NCBI GenBank assembly: GCA_045113935.1
Contig: JBGUJM010000026.1
Coordinates: 3,771-67,770 of the forward strand
Direction of reading: 5' to 3'
From: Anaerovoracaceae bacterium
GTDB lineage: Bacteria; Bacillota; Clostridia; Peptostreptococcales; Anaerovoracaceae
DNA length: 64,000 bases
Part shown: positions 27,151 to 35,371 of the stretch, in pieces
Numbering within the stretch: position 1 is the stretch's first letter
How the letters are laid out: every line of letters starts with the position of its first letter
Made by a program: the position numbers and the translations under genes
The notes under the pieces: generated by a model
Told to the model about the DNA's origin: nothing
Database searches by the model: none
Seen by the model: the letters and a program-made list of their open reading frames with translations, nothing else

Positions 27151-27459
27151 ATGAGCAGCGAACCCGGACTGACAAAACCGAATAAGACTGAAGAACAGCT
27201 TCTCAGAAGAGAAGAGCAGCTTCTGGAACGCAAGGCGAAGCTGGACGCACTTGAGCAGCAGCTTCGTGAGAAGGAGAAGGAACTCAAGGCACGGGATGCA
27301 AAACGCAAGCAGATCATCCTCAGGCTGCCCGAGTCGCTTTGGCGTGACATTGCCAGATGGGCGGATGAAGATTTCAGATCCATCAACAGTCAGATCGAAT
27401 ACATTCTCACGAAAAACGTAAGAGAAAAATACAGAAAAGAAGGAAACAGCAATAAATGA
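27151..27459 (+). CDS. Arc/MetJ-type ribbon-helix-helix DNA-binding protein with an N-terminal coiled coil
   Basis: The C-terminal 'KQIILRLPESLWRDIARWADEDFRSINSQIEYILTKNV' fits the RHH (Arc) pattern. It starts 3 nt after the SPFH stop and overlaps the arginase start (ATGA). Confidence 0.65.
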   Translation: MSSEPGLTKPNKTEEQLLRREEQLLERKAKLDALEQQLREKEKELKARDAKRKQIILRLPESLWRDIARWADEDFRSINSQIEYILTKNVREKYRKEGNSNK

Positions 27460-28370
27460 GCAATCTGAATGATAAGAGAAACATAGACATTATCGGTGTA
27501 CAGATCGACTTCGGGGCATCACAGAAAGGAGTAGCGATGGGACCGCTTGCCATCAGGTATGCCGGGCTCAAAGCTTCACTGAGACAGATGGGATACAGCG
27601 TCCGGGATAAGGGAGATATCGTACCTCCTGAAGACGGAATGAGCCTTCGTAATATGATCCGGTTCGAGCAGGTCAACGCGACCAACAGACGGCTCTATGA
27701 GGAAGTGACAGAGACTCTCAGCGAAGGACATTTTCCGCTGGTGCTGGGAGGAGACCACAGTATCGCAGCCGGAAGTGTCTCAGCGATCGCCAAGCACTAT
27801 GAAGATCAGGGCGAGATCGGGATCATATGGATCGATGCTCACGGCGACTGGAATGATGACAAATCAACGATCAGCGGCAACATGCACGGCATGCCTTACT
27901 CGGCAGTCTGCGGCTGGGGTCCTTCAAGCATGGTGGATTTCGGGCAGACACCGCACTTTGTTCCGACCTCACACTGTGTCCAGGTGGCAGGTCATGACTT
28001 TGACATGGCGGAAGCTGCAAGAATGAAAAAGGCAGGTATGACCGTTTTCCCGATGGGTGAAGTGGACAGACGGGGCATGCATGATGTGATGCAGGATGCC
28101 ATACGCATTGCGAGTGAAGGAACTGTAGGGATACATTTGAGTTTTGATGTCGATGCGATCACGCCGGAATACGCTCCCGGCACGGGCACACCTGTACCGA
28201 ACGGTATCACGGCGAGGGAAGCCTTCCTGGCCGTTGAGATGGTAGCGGCTTCGGGCAAACTCATCAGCATGGATCTTGTGGAAGTAAACCCTATTCTGGA
28301 TGAGAGAAACAAGACGGGGCATCTGGCATCAGACCTGATCCAGCTGGCTCTGGGTAAGAAGGTGTATTGA
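27456..28370 (+). CDS. rocF: Arginase
   Basis: Ureohydrolase Mn-site motifs 'LVLGGDHSIA', 'IWIDAHGDWN' and 'HLSFDVDAI'. 'VEVNPILDERNKTG' closely parallels Bacillus RocF. Confidence 0.85.
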   Translation: MSNLNDKRNIDIIGVQIDFGASQKGVAMGPLAIRYAGLKASLRQMGYSVRDKGDIVPPEDGMSLRNMIRFEQVNATNRRLYEEVTETLSEGHFPLVLGGDHSIAAGSVSAIAKHYEDQGEIGIIWIDAHGDWNDDKSTISGNMHGMPYSAVCGWGPSSMVDFGQTPHFVPTSHCVQVAGHDFDMAEAARMKKAGMTVFPMGEVDRRGMHDVMQDAIRIASEGTVGIHLSFDVDAITPEYAPGTGTPVPNGITAREAFLAVEMVAASGKLISMDLVEVNPILDERNKTGHLASDLIQLALGKKVY

Positions 28371-28420
28371 GTACATCTGAAGGTAAATACCTTAACATAG
28401 TTAGAACTATCTAAGCGCCT

Positions 28421-28458
28421 CCGGCGGCTGAAAGCCTTGAATGGGGGCGCTTTTTGCG
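28421..28458 (+). terminator. Probable rho-independent terminator after rocF
   Basis: agcgcc...ggcgct stem followed by ttttt at ~28451-28455. The stem is imperfect. Confidence 0.5.
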
Positions 28459-28509
28459 GTAACAATTTATCCGTAAATACAGAAACGCCGTTTTCCTGAA
28501 CATCGTAAA

Positions 28510-28599
28510 ACACTATATATAGTGGTCAAAAAAGAAAAATCTTAAAATTTGTAACAATATATTGACATGACGCAGACCCAAGACTACAATATGTAGTGT
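28510..28599 (+). promoter_or_regulatory. nrdD promoter (TTGACA-17-TACAAT) with three NrdR-box-like palindromes
   Basis: ACACTATATATAGTGG lies at 28510-28525, TAACAATATATTGACA at 28552-28567 and CTACAATATGTAGTGT at 28584-28599. The consensus is acaCwAtATaTwGtgt. The two proximal boxes are 32 bp centre to centre and overlap the -35 (28562-28567) and the -10 (28585-28590). Confidence 0.75.
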
Positions 28600-28746
28600 T
28601 CGTAGCGGACGGAAGTTTGATGCGCTCAATTGCGTCGGCGGACAAGCCGGTGCCGGTCGGATCAGATATCAGGATCCAGGGAGCAGGTCCGCTTATAATA
28701 CAGACTAGGGATAAGTAAAAAAGAAACAGAGAAGGAAGAACGAAAC

Positions 28747-31023
28747 ATGAATACGATCATCAAGAGAGACGGAAAGGAAGCCCCATTTGACGAATCTAAG
28801 ATCTTCAATGCCATCTATGCAGCCAACAAGGCTGTAGACGGTGAGAAGATGACAAGCATCGATTTTACCTATCTTACCAAGAAAGTAATCGAGAAGCTCG
28901 ACGGCGAGACCTGCACGGTTGAGCAGGTACAGGATATCGTTGAGCAGATGCTCATCAAATATGACTATGAGAAGACTGCCAAAGCATACATTCTCTATCG
29001 TGCTGAGCATGCCAAGATCAGAGAGGCAGAGTCCGATCTGATGAATATCTACAATGAACTGACCTATTCCTATTCAAAGGATGCCGATATCAAGAGAGAG
29101 AATGCGAACATCGACGGAGACACATCGATGGGAACAATGCTCAAGTACGGTTCCGAAGGTGCCAAGTATTTCGTAGATAATTACGTTCTTCCTAAGGATA
29201 TCGCCAAGGCACACATAAATGGCGACATTCATATCCATGACAAGGATTTCTACATGCTCACTGAGACATGCTGCCAGATCGACCTTATCAAACTGTTCAA
29301 GGATGGTTTCTGTACAGGTCACGGATATCTGAGAGAGCCGCAGTCGATCATGAGCTATGCTTCACTGGCATGTATCGCGATCCAGGCCAACCAGAACGAA
29401 ATGCACGGCGGACAGTCCGTACCTAATTTTGACTATTCCATGGCTCCGGGAGTTGCAAGAACTTACATCAAGGAGTATTTCTCGGCACTGACAGAGATCA
29501 TCGCTGCCAAGATGGATGTTCCTTACTCCAGCGCTAAGGGTATTTCCGAAAAGATCAAGGCTGAGGCTCCGTCTCCGACAATCAGCAATACGAGGACTTT
29601 CGGCGAAGAACTCGGCAAGTGGTATGACGCGGCTGACAACACTTTCGGTATTGACAGAGACATACTGATCCGCTGCAACGAGCAGGCAGGAGAGGCTGCA
29701 TGGGCAAGGACCGACAAGATGACTTATCAGGCCATGGAGGCACTGATCCACAACCTCAACACCATGAACTCGAGAGCAGGAGCGCAGGTTCCGTTCAGCT
29801 CGGTCAACTTCGGAACGGATACCAGTCCGGAAGGCCGCATGGTCATCAAGAACTTCCTTCTCGCTACAGAAGCCGGACTCGGAAACGGTGAGACACCGAT
29901 CTTCCCGGTATCGATCTTCAAGGTAAAAGAAGGCATCAATTACAACGAGGGAGATCCTAACTACGATCTCTTCAAGCTGGCGATCAGATGCAGTGCCAAG
30001 AGGCTGTTCCCTAATTTCAGCTTCCTGGACGCTCCGTTCAACAAGAAGTTCTTCAGAGAAGGCGACTACAATTCAGAGGTCGCTTACATGGGATGCCGTA
30101 CCAGAGTCATGGCCAACAACTACGATCCGACCAAGGCTGTCGTTTGCGGAAGAGGCAACCTCTCTTTCACCTCGATCAATCTGCCGAGGCTGGGTATCGA
30201 GGCTAACAGAGACTTCGACGTATTCTATAAGAAGCTCGACACAATGCTCGATCTGGTAGCAAGACAGCTGCTTCACAGATTCCGCATCCAGTGCTCCAAG
30301 AAGGGCCGTAACTATCCGTTCCTGATGGGTCAGGGTATCTGGATCGATTCCGACAATATCGGACCGGACGACAGTGTAGCCGAGATCCTCAAGAACGGAA
30401 CTCTTTCGATCGGATTCATCGGACTGGCTGAGACCATGAAGGCTCTGACCGGCAAGCATCATGCTGAGGATGAGGAAGTCAGAAAGAAAGCTTTCGAGGT
30501 CATCAAGCACATGAGAGATTACTGTGACAGAAAGAGTGCTGAAACGGGGCTCAACTTTACACTCCTCGCAACACCTGCTGAGGGTCTGTCAGGCAGATTT
30601 GTCAAGATCGACAGAGAGAAGTACGGTAAGATCGAAGGAGTTACTGACAGGAACTACTACACAAACTCATTCCACGTGCCTGTATATTTCCCGATCGGCG
30701 CTTTCGAGAAGATTTCCATCGAGGCACCTTATCATGATCTGACGAATGCAGGTCACATCAGCTATGTCGAACTCGACGGTGATACAGCCAAGAACCCTGA
30801 GGCATTTGAATCAGTCATCAGATTTATGAAGGAAGCCGGTGTAGGATATGGTTCGGTCAACCATCCTGTTGACAGAGACCCAGTCTGCGGATACACAGGA
30901 GTCATCGACGATGTATGTCCGAGATGCGGAAGACGTGAGGGCGAGCCGGTTTCCATCGAGAGACTCAATGAGCTCAGGATGAAGTATCCGAGCGTTCCGG
31001 TTCCTTGCGACTGCATACACTAG
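28747..31023 (+). CDS. nrdD: Anaerobic ribonucleoside-triphosphate reductase large polypeptide, lacking the C-terminal glycyl-radical segment
   Basis: N-terminal ATP-cone 'IIKRDGKEAPFDESKIFNAI', class III core 'LTETCCQIDL' and 'NFGTDTSPEGR', and Zn-ribbon 'PVCGYTG..CPRCG'. The ORF ends '..KYPSVPVPCDCIH*' with no RxxGY motif. Confidence 0.9.
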   Translation: MNTIIKRDGKEAPFDESKIFNAIYAANKAVDGEKMTSIDFTYLTKKVIEKLDGETCTVEQVQDIVEQMLIKYDYEKTAKAYILYRAEHAKIREAESDLMNIYNELTYSYSKDADIKRENANIDGDTSMGTMLKYGSEGAKYFVDNYVLPKDIAKAHINGDIHIHDKDFYMLTETCCQIDLIKLFKDGFCTGHGYLREPQSIMSYASLACIAIQANQNEMHGGQSVPNFDYSMAPGVARTYIKEYFSALTEIIAAKMDVPYSSAKGISEKIKAEAPSPTISNTRTFGEELGKWYDAADNTFGIDRDILIRCNEQAGEAAWARTDKMTYQAMEALIHNLNTMNSRAGAQVPFSSVNFGTDTSPEGRMVIKNFLLATEAGLGNGETPIFPVSIFKVKEGINYNEGDPNYDLFKLAIRCSAKRLFPNFSFLDAPFNKKFFREGDYNSEVAYMGCRTRVMANNYDPTKAVVCGRGNLSFTSINLPRLGIEANRDFDVFYKKLDTMLDLVARQLLHRFRIQCSKKGRNYPFLMGQGIWIDSDNIGPDDSVAEILKNGTLSIGFIGLAETMKALTGKHHAEDEEVRKKAFEVIKHMRDYCDRKSAETGLNFTLLATPAEGLSGRFVKIDREKYGKIEGVTDRNYYTNSFHVPVYFPIGAFEKISIEAPYHDLTNAGHISYVELDGDTAKNPEAFESVIRFMKEAGVGYGSVNHPVDRDPVCGYTGVIDDVCPRCGRREGEPVSIERLNELRMKYPSVPVPCDCIH

Positions 31024-31113
31024 ATATTAGTTGACGAAAAACATGTTTTTTTACAAAAACACAACATGCGGTGTTTTGTGCAAAAAAGAAACAACTAGAT
31101 ATATAAATAACAC

Positions 31114-31142
31114 TTCACAACGGAAGCTTGCGCAGATATAAT
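31114..31142 (+). promoter_or_regulatory. Promoter-like element upstream of the small glycyl-radical ORF
   Basis: TTCACA (31114-31119), a 17-nt spacer and TATAAT (31137-31142). GGAGG lies at 31158-31162. Confidence 0.45.
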
Positions 31143-31169
31143 GATTGGTAGCGATATGGAGGTACAGAG

Positions 31170-31331
31170 ATGAATAATAAAGTAGTCAAGAACGTGAATG
31201 GTCAGGTAGGTGAAGGAGTCGGATTCGAGAGGATCAGAAGGATCACAGGTTATCTTGTAGGAACCCTTGACAGATTCAATAACGGCAAGAGAGCTGAGGT
31301 TCAGGACAGAGTAAAGCACGGACTCAGATAA
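31170..31331 (+). CDS. Stand-alone NrdD C-terminal glycyl-radical peptide (53 aa)
   Basis: It is below the ORF-track cutoff. The peptide is MNNKVVKNVNGQVGEGVGFERIRRITGYLVGTLDRFNNGKRAEVQDRVKHGLR. 'RRITGYLVG...GK..E...RVKH' is the canonical class III RNR glycyl-radical tail. GGAGG lies 7 nt upstream of the ATG. Confidence 0.75.
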   Translation: MNNKVVKNVNGQVGEGVGFERIRRITGYLVGTLDRFNNGKRAEVQDRVKHGLR

Positions 31332-31351
31332 TCATTCAGACTATCATGGTT

Positions 31352-31384
31352 GTGTGGGCAGCAGCTGCCCACACTCTTTTTTTA
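31352..31384 (+). terminator. Rho-independent terminator
   Basis: gtgtgggcagc-a-gctgcccacac is a perfect 11-bp stem, followed by tcttttttt. Confidence 0.9.
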
Positions 31385-31420
31385 CAGAACTGAATCCGGA
31401 GGGGCACAGGGAACCGGCAT

Positions 31421-32539
31421 ATGACAGAGGACAGGAGAGATATTTCGTATAACAGGAAAGATCCGGCCTTTTTTTCATGGAATAAGGTCGGATGGGCAAT
31501 TATGCCGGTGTTTCTTTCACTGATTGTGCTGGGAGTGCTGATCCTATTCAGACCGCATGTTACGGTCACATATTCTCTGTATCCGTATCTTCCTGATGTT
31601 GATTACTACAGAGCGATCATTGAAGAAGAGTGGGACCGGATCCATCCGGATGTTGATCTGATATACAGCGACTATAACTGCTACTATGACGGAGCCCCTG
31701 AAGGTATAGACGTCATTATGTATGATTCGCTGCTCGAGCAGTCCATGATCAGTGACGGTTATCTCAGGCCGGTGGAGCAGCAGGATATAGACGGAAAGGA
31801 AGGCTTTTTCGAATTCACCATGATACCGGCGCAGGGACAGAGCTCCCTGTATGGAGTGCCTGTATTGCTCTGTGCTGACTTTCTTATCTATGACCGCAAT
31901 GATCCGGTCCTGGCATCTGCAGATTCTGTGACAGATATCGCAGCAAGCGGGGAGGATCTCCTGATCAGATATAATGCTGCTTCAGAAGCAATCTACAGAC
32001 TGGATGCTGCCGCGGATATCAGTCAGGACGCTTCGGTGATACAGAAGGAGTCGGCTTTCGACCGCATAGACACCGGAGAGAGTATCGGAGCAATCGAAGA
32101 AGTACTCATCAGCAAATACGTGAGCGAAAGCAACTATGAACTTGCCCGGCTGTATGATGAGGGCATGGCAGATGGATTTCTCGGATATTCGGAAAATCTG
32201 ACGGCAATTGATAACCGTTTTGATGATACAGGGATCAAATTGATAAGCTTCAGTAATACCGACAATATTCCGTTGTTTTTCTGTGATATGGCCGGAATAT
32301 CTGCCAAAGTATCTGAAAACAAAACAGATCTCTGTATGGATCTTGTCAATCTGATGGCGGATCCGTCAGTTCTGGAACGCCTGACCGTTAAGGACGGTGA
32401 GCCACTGTACCTGCTGCCGGCAAGGCGTTCTTCCTACGATACAATAAAAGAAAAATACCCGCTGTATGGAAAACTGCAGGAGATGATCGAAAGCGGCGAC
32501 GCTGTCATCTTCCGCGCATATAAGGAGTTTGATTACTGA
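31421..32539 (+). CDS. Membrane-anchored periplasmic-binding-protein-fold protein, thiaminase I (thiamine pyridinylase)-like
   Basis: N-terminal TM 'WAIMPVFLSLIVLGVLILF'. 'YSLYPYLPDVDYY..EEWDRIHPDVDL..SDY' and 'LYGVPVLLCADFLIY' recall the thiaminase I family, including a Cys at the position of the nucleophile. This alignment is from memory only. The stop lies 2 nt before the nrdG ATG. Confidence 0.4.
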   Translation: MTEDRRDISYNRKDPAFFSWNKVGWAIMPVFLSLIVLGVLILFRPHVTVTYSLYPYLPDVDYYRAIIEEEWDRIHPDVDLIYSDYNCYYDGAPEGIDVIMYDSLLEQSMISDGYLRPVEQQDIDGKEGFFEFTMIPAQGQSSLYGVPVLLCADFLIYDRNDPVLASADSVTDIAASGEDLLIRYNAASEAIYRLDAAADISQDASVIQKESAFDRIDTGESIGAIEEVLISKYVSESNYELARLYDEGMADGFLGYSENLTAIDNRFDDTGIKLISFSNTDNIPLFFCDMAGISAKVSENKTDLCMDLVNLMADPSVLERLTVKDGEPLYLLPARRSSYDTIKEKYPLYGKLQEMIESGDAVIFRAYKEFDY

Positions 32540-32540
32540 A

Positions 32541-33116
32541 ATGGAAGAACACATCAGAAAACAGGAGAGTGAAGATCCTCTGATCCGAGTGTGCGGGGTC
32601 GAACCCGAATCGATCGTGGACGGACCGGGGTTCAGGTATGTCCTTTTCGTGCAGGGATGCCCGCATCACTGCAAAGGCTGCCATAATCCTGAATCATGGG
32701 ATCCGGCGGCGGGTTTTGACATGAAGGCAAGCGAGGTCTTTAAAGAGATCCGGGAGAATACGCATCTGCGGGGAGTGACTTTTTCCGGAGGGGAGCCTTT
32801 TGAGCAGGTCAGCGCGCTCATACCGCTTGCGCGCATGATCAGAGACGCCGGCCTTACTCTTATGAGTTACAGTGGATACACACTCGATGAGCTGGAGGCG
32901 AGAAGGGATCCGGAGACAGATGAACTCCTCGGAATGCTTGATATACTGGTAGATGGCAGATACGATGAGAAACTGCGCAACCTGACACTGATCTACTGCG
33001 GATCAGAGAATCAGCGTGTCATAGATATGAGGAAGACGCGGGAGGCAAGGGCCGCAGGTGATGAGGGGATCGTGATCCCATACAAGTCGGATTTTGATAT
33101 AGATATTGTGATATGA
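32541..33116 (+). CDS. nrdG: Anaerobic ribonucleotide reductase activating protein (radical SAM)
   Basis: 'SIVDGPGFRYVLFVQGCPHHCKGCHNPESW' carries the CxxxCxxC cluster. 'GVTFSGGEP' and 'LVDGRY' are also present. An upstream TTG at 32529 is possible but sits too close to the GGAG. Confidence 0.9.
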   Translation: MEEHIRKQESEDPLIRVCGVEPESIVDGPGFRYVLFVQGCPHHCKGCHNPESWDPAAGFDMKASEVFKEIRENTHLRGVTFSGGEPFEQVSALIPLARMIRDAGLTLMSYSGYTLDELEARRDPETDELLGMLDILVDGRYDEKLRNLTLIYCGSENQRVIDMRKTREARAAGDEGIVIPYKSDFDIDIVI

Positions 33117-34297
33117 AACTGGAACTGGTTGCAACGGCGACATTCGGTCTCGAAGCAGTTGTCAGGCGCGAGATCGAGGCTCTGGGATACAGGGTGATCA
33201 GGACGGAGGACGGCCGCGTCACATATATGGGCGATGAGAGAGCCATCGTAAGATCAAATCTGTGGCTGAGATCCGCAGACAGGGTCTATCTTCGCATGGG
33301 CGAATTCAAAGCGGTGACATTCGAGGAACTGTTCCAGCAGACCAGCGCGATCTCCTGGGAGGATATCATTCCGGCGGACGGGAATTTTCCTGTGGTGGGA
33401 GGTTCAGTCAAGTCGGCTCTGCACAGCGTTCCGGCATGCCAGAGCATCATCAAGAAGGCTGTTGCTAACAGGCTTTCAGAGTTCTACTGCAGGGAAATCA
33501 TGCCGGAGACGGGAGCTGAGTACCGTATCCGGTTCATCGCGCACAAGGATAATTTCCTGCTGCTTGTGGATACCAGCGGCGCCGGACTTCACAAAAGAGG
33601 CTACAGAGTGAAAGATGTAGCTGCGCCGATCAAGGAGACACTGGCTGCTGCACTGGTGCAGCTGAGTTTCTACCGCAAGGACAGGGTTCTTGTGGATACA
33701 TGCTGCGGTTCAGGGACTATTCCTGTAGAGGCGGCGATGATTGCCCGCAATTTAGCACCCGGACTCAGCAGGGATTTTGCATCCATGGAATGGGATCTGG
33801 TCCCGCAGGAGATATGGAAGGAGGAAAAACGTCTGGCATATGAGGCGGCAGACTTCGATGCGGAGCTCTCTATAACGGGCATGGACATAGACAGGCGCGC
33901 GGTCAGCGCGGCTGCAGCCAATGCGGAGGAAGCAGGCGTCTCTGATGATATCGACTTTGTCTGCATGGACATGACCTCGTGGGAACCCGGCGCAGGCATA
34001 CCGAGAGGCGTTACGGCAGGCGAGCACGGCATCGTCATTTCGAACCTGCCTTACGGACAGCGTATCGGGTCTTCGGAGGACAACCTCAGGATATACAGAC
34101 ATTTTGCCCGTCTGATGAAGGAATGTCCGGAATGGTCGTTCTTCCTGATCACCTCGGACAAAGAACTTGAGAAAGAGATAGAGCGTCAGACGGGACGCAG
34201 AGCAGACCGCAGGCGCAAGCTGTATAACGGGCAGATCGAGACACAGTTTTACCAGTATCACGGTGTCAGGCCCGCGAAGAAGAATGTATCCGAATGA
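33113..34297 (+). CDS. THUMP-domain class I SAM-dependent RNA methyltransferase (RlmL/YpsC-like)
   Basis: N-terminal THUMP 'ATATFGLEAVVRREIE', 'LHKRGYR', SAM motif 'LVDTCCGSGTI' and catalytic 'VISNLPYG'. Confidence 0.8.
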   Translation: MKLELVATATFGLEAVVRREIEALGYRVIRTEDGRVTYMGDERAIVRSNLWLRSADRVYLRMGEFKAVTFEELFQQTSAISWEDIIPADGNFPVVGGSVKSALHSVPACQSIIKKAVANRLSEFYCREIMPETGAEYRIRFIAHKDNFLLLVDTSGAGLHKRGYRVKDVAAPIKETLAAALVQLSFYRKDRVLVDTCCGSGTIPVEAAMIARNLAPGLSRDFASMEWDLVPQEIWKEEKRLAYEAADFDAELSITGMDIDRRAVSAAAANAEEAGVSDDIDFVCMDMTSWEPGAGIPRGVTAGEHGIVISNLPYGQRIGSSEDNLRIYRHFARLMKECPEWSFFLITSDKELEKEIERQTGRRADRRRKLYNGQIETQFYQYHGVRPAKKNVSE

Positions 34298-34388
34298 TCA
34301 CTGAGGGGATGATAATTCCCTCAAAAGCGTGTACAATATATAGCAGCAGCTGAGAGAGCGGGACGCGGTCCGCAGAGGGGGATAAGAT

Positions 34389-35327
34389 ATGAACAAGAAA
34401 GATTTCTACTATCCGTCGGTAGACGGCAAAACAACGATTCATGCCATCAGGTGGGAACCTGACGGTGAGCCCAGGGCGGTACTGCAGATCATCCACGGCA
34501 TGGTCGAATTCATAGACAGGTATGACGATTTTGCGCGTTATCTGACAGAACATGGTTTTCTGGTTGTCGGTGAGGATCACCTCGGACATGGCGCGTCGGT
34601 ACAGTCGGATGAACACCACGGATTCTTCGGACGGGATGGGAATGCATGGGTCATCTCGGATATCCATCAGCTGAGGATCATGATACATGAGGAGTATCCG
34701 GATCTCCCGTATCTGATGCTCGGACACAGCATGGGATCTTTCCTCATCCGTCAGTATATCACTGAGAAGGACGGAAGATATGCGGAAGGGCTCAAGGGTG
34801 TCGTAGTCATGGGTACCGGCTGGCAGCCGGGCGCTGTTCTTGCAGCTGGCAAAGCTGTCGCGAGGTCTCTTGGTATCAATAAGATCGGCAAATCAGCCAA
34901 GACGCTCGATATGATGTCGTTCGGCAGCTATCTCAAGAAGATCCCTAATCCGAGAACGATCTCTGACTGGCTGACCAAGGACGAGAAGATCGTCGACTGG
35001 TACAGAGCGCAGCCTTGGTGCACGTTCCACTTCACACCGAACGGATACTACCATATGTTCAGCGGCATGCAGAAAGCTCATGATATCAAGCGTATGAAGA
35101 ACCTCCCTGAAGGTCTTCCGATCCTCTTTACATCCGGTGCAGAGGATCCTGTCGGAAACTGGGGCGAGGGTGTACGCAAAGCATACATGGTATATTCTGA
35201 GAATACTTCATGTGAGGTCAGCATCAAGCTCTATGATGATGACAGACACGAGATCCTCAACGAAACAGATAAGGATGTCGTTTACGCCGACCTGCTCGAT
35301 TTCTTCGAGTACTGTCTGGAGAAATAA
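34389..35327 (+). CDS. Alpha/beta hydrolase (lysophospholipase/monoacylglycerol lipase-like)
   Basis: 'QIIHGMVEF..RY', nucleophile elbow 'MLGHSMGS', and a C-terminal 'DDDRHEILNE' containing the catalytic His context. Confidence 0.75.
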   Translation: MNKKDFYYPSVDGKTTIHAIRWEPDGEPRAVLQIIHGMVEFIDRYDDFARYLTEHGFLVVGEDHLGHGASVQSDEHHGFFGRDGNAWVISDIHQLRIMIHEEYPDLPYLMLGHSMGSFLIRQYITEKDGRYAEGLKGVVVMGTGWQPGAVLAAGKAVARSLGINKIGKSAKTLDMMSFGSYLKKIPNPRTISDWLTKDEKIVDWYRAQPWCTFHFTPNGYYHMFSGMQKAHDIKRMKNLPEGLPILFTSGAEDPVGNWGEGVRKAYMVYSENTSCEVSIKLYDDDRHEILNETDKDVVYADLLDFFEYCLEK

Positions 35328-35371
35328 TCAATACAGATACAGAAGCTTCACCTGCCGGGAGGCACTGAGAT

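Noticed and set aside
28600-28746. Cobalamin riboswitch in the nrdD leader
   Set aside because: No B12-box (GCCACTG-like) or other cobalamin core elements are visible. I kept it only as an unclassified structured leader.
31024-31169. Group I intron or intein interrupting nrdD, as in the phage T4 nrdD intron
   Set aside because: The 146-nt spacer is too short for a group I or II intron core and is AT-rich without recognisable P3-P9 elements. An intein would be in-frame coding sequence, which this is not. The spacer looks like an ordinary intergenic region with a promoter and SD.
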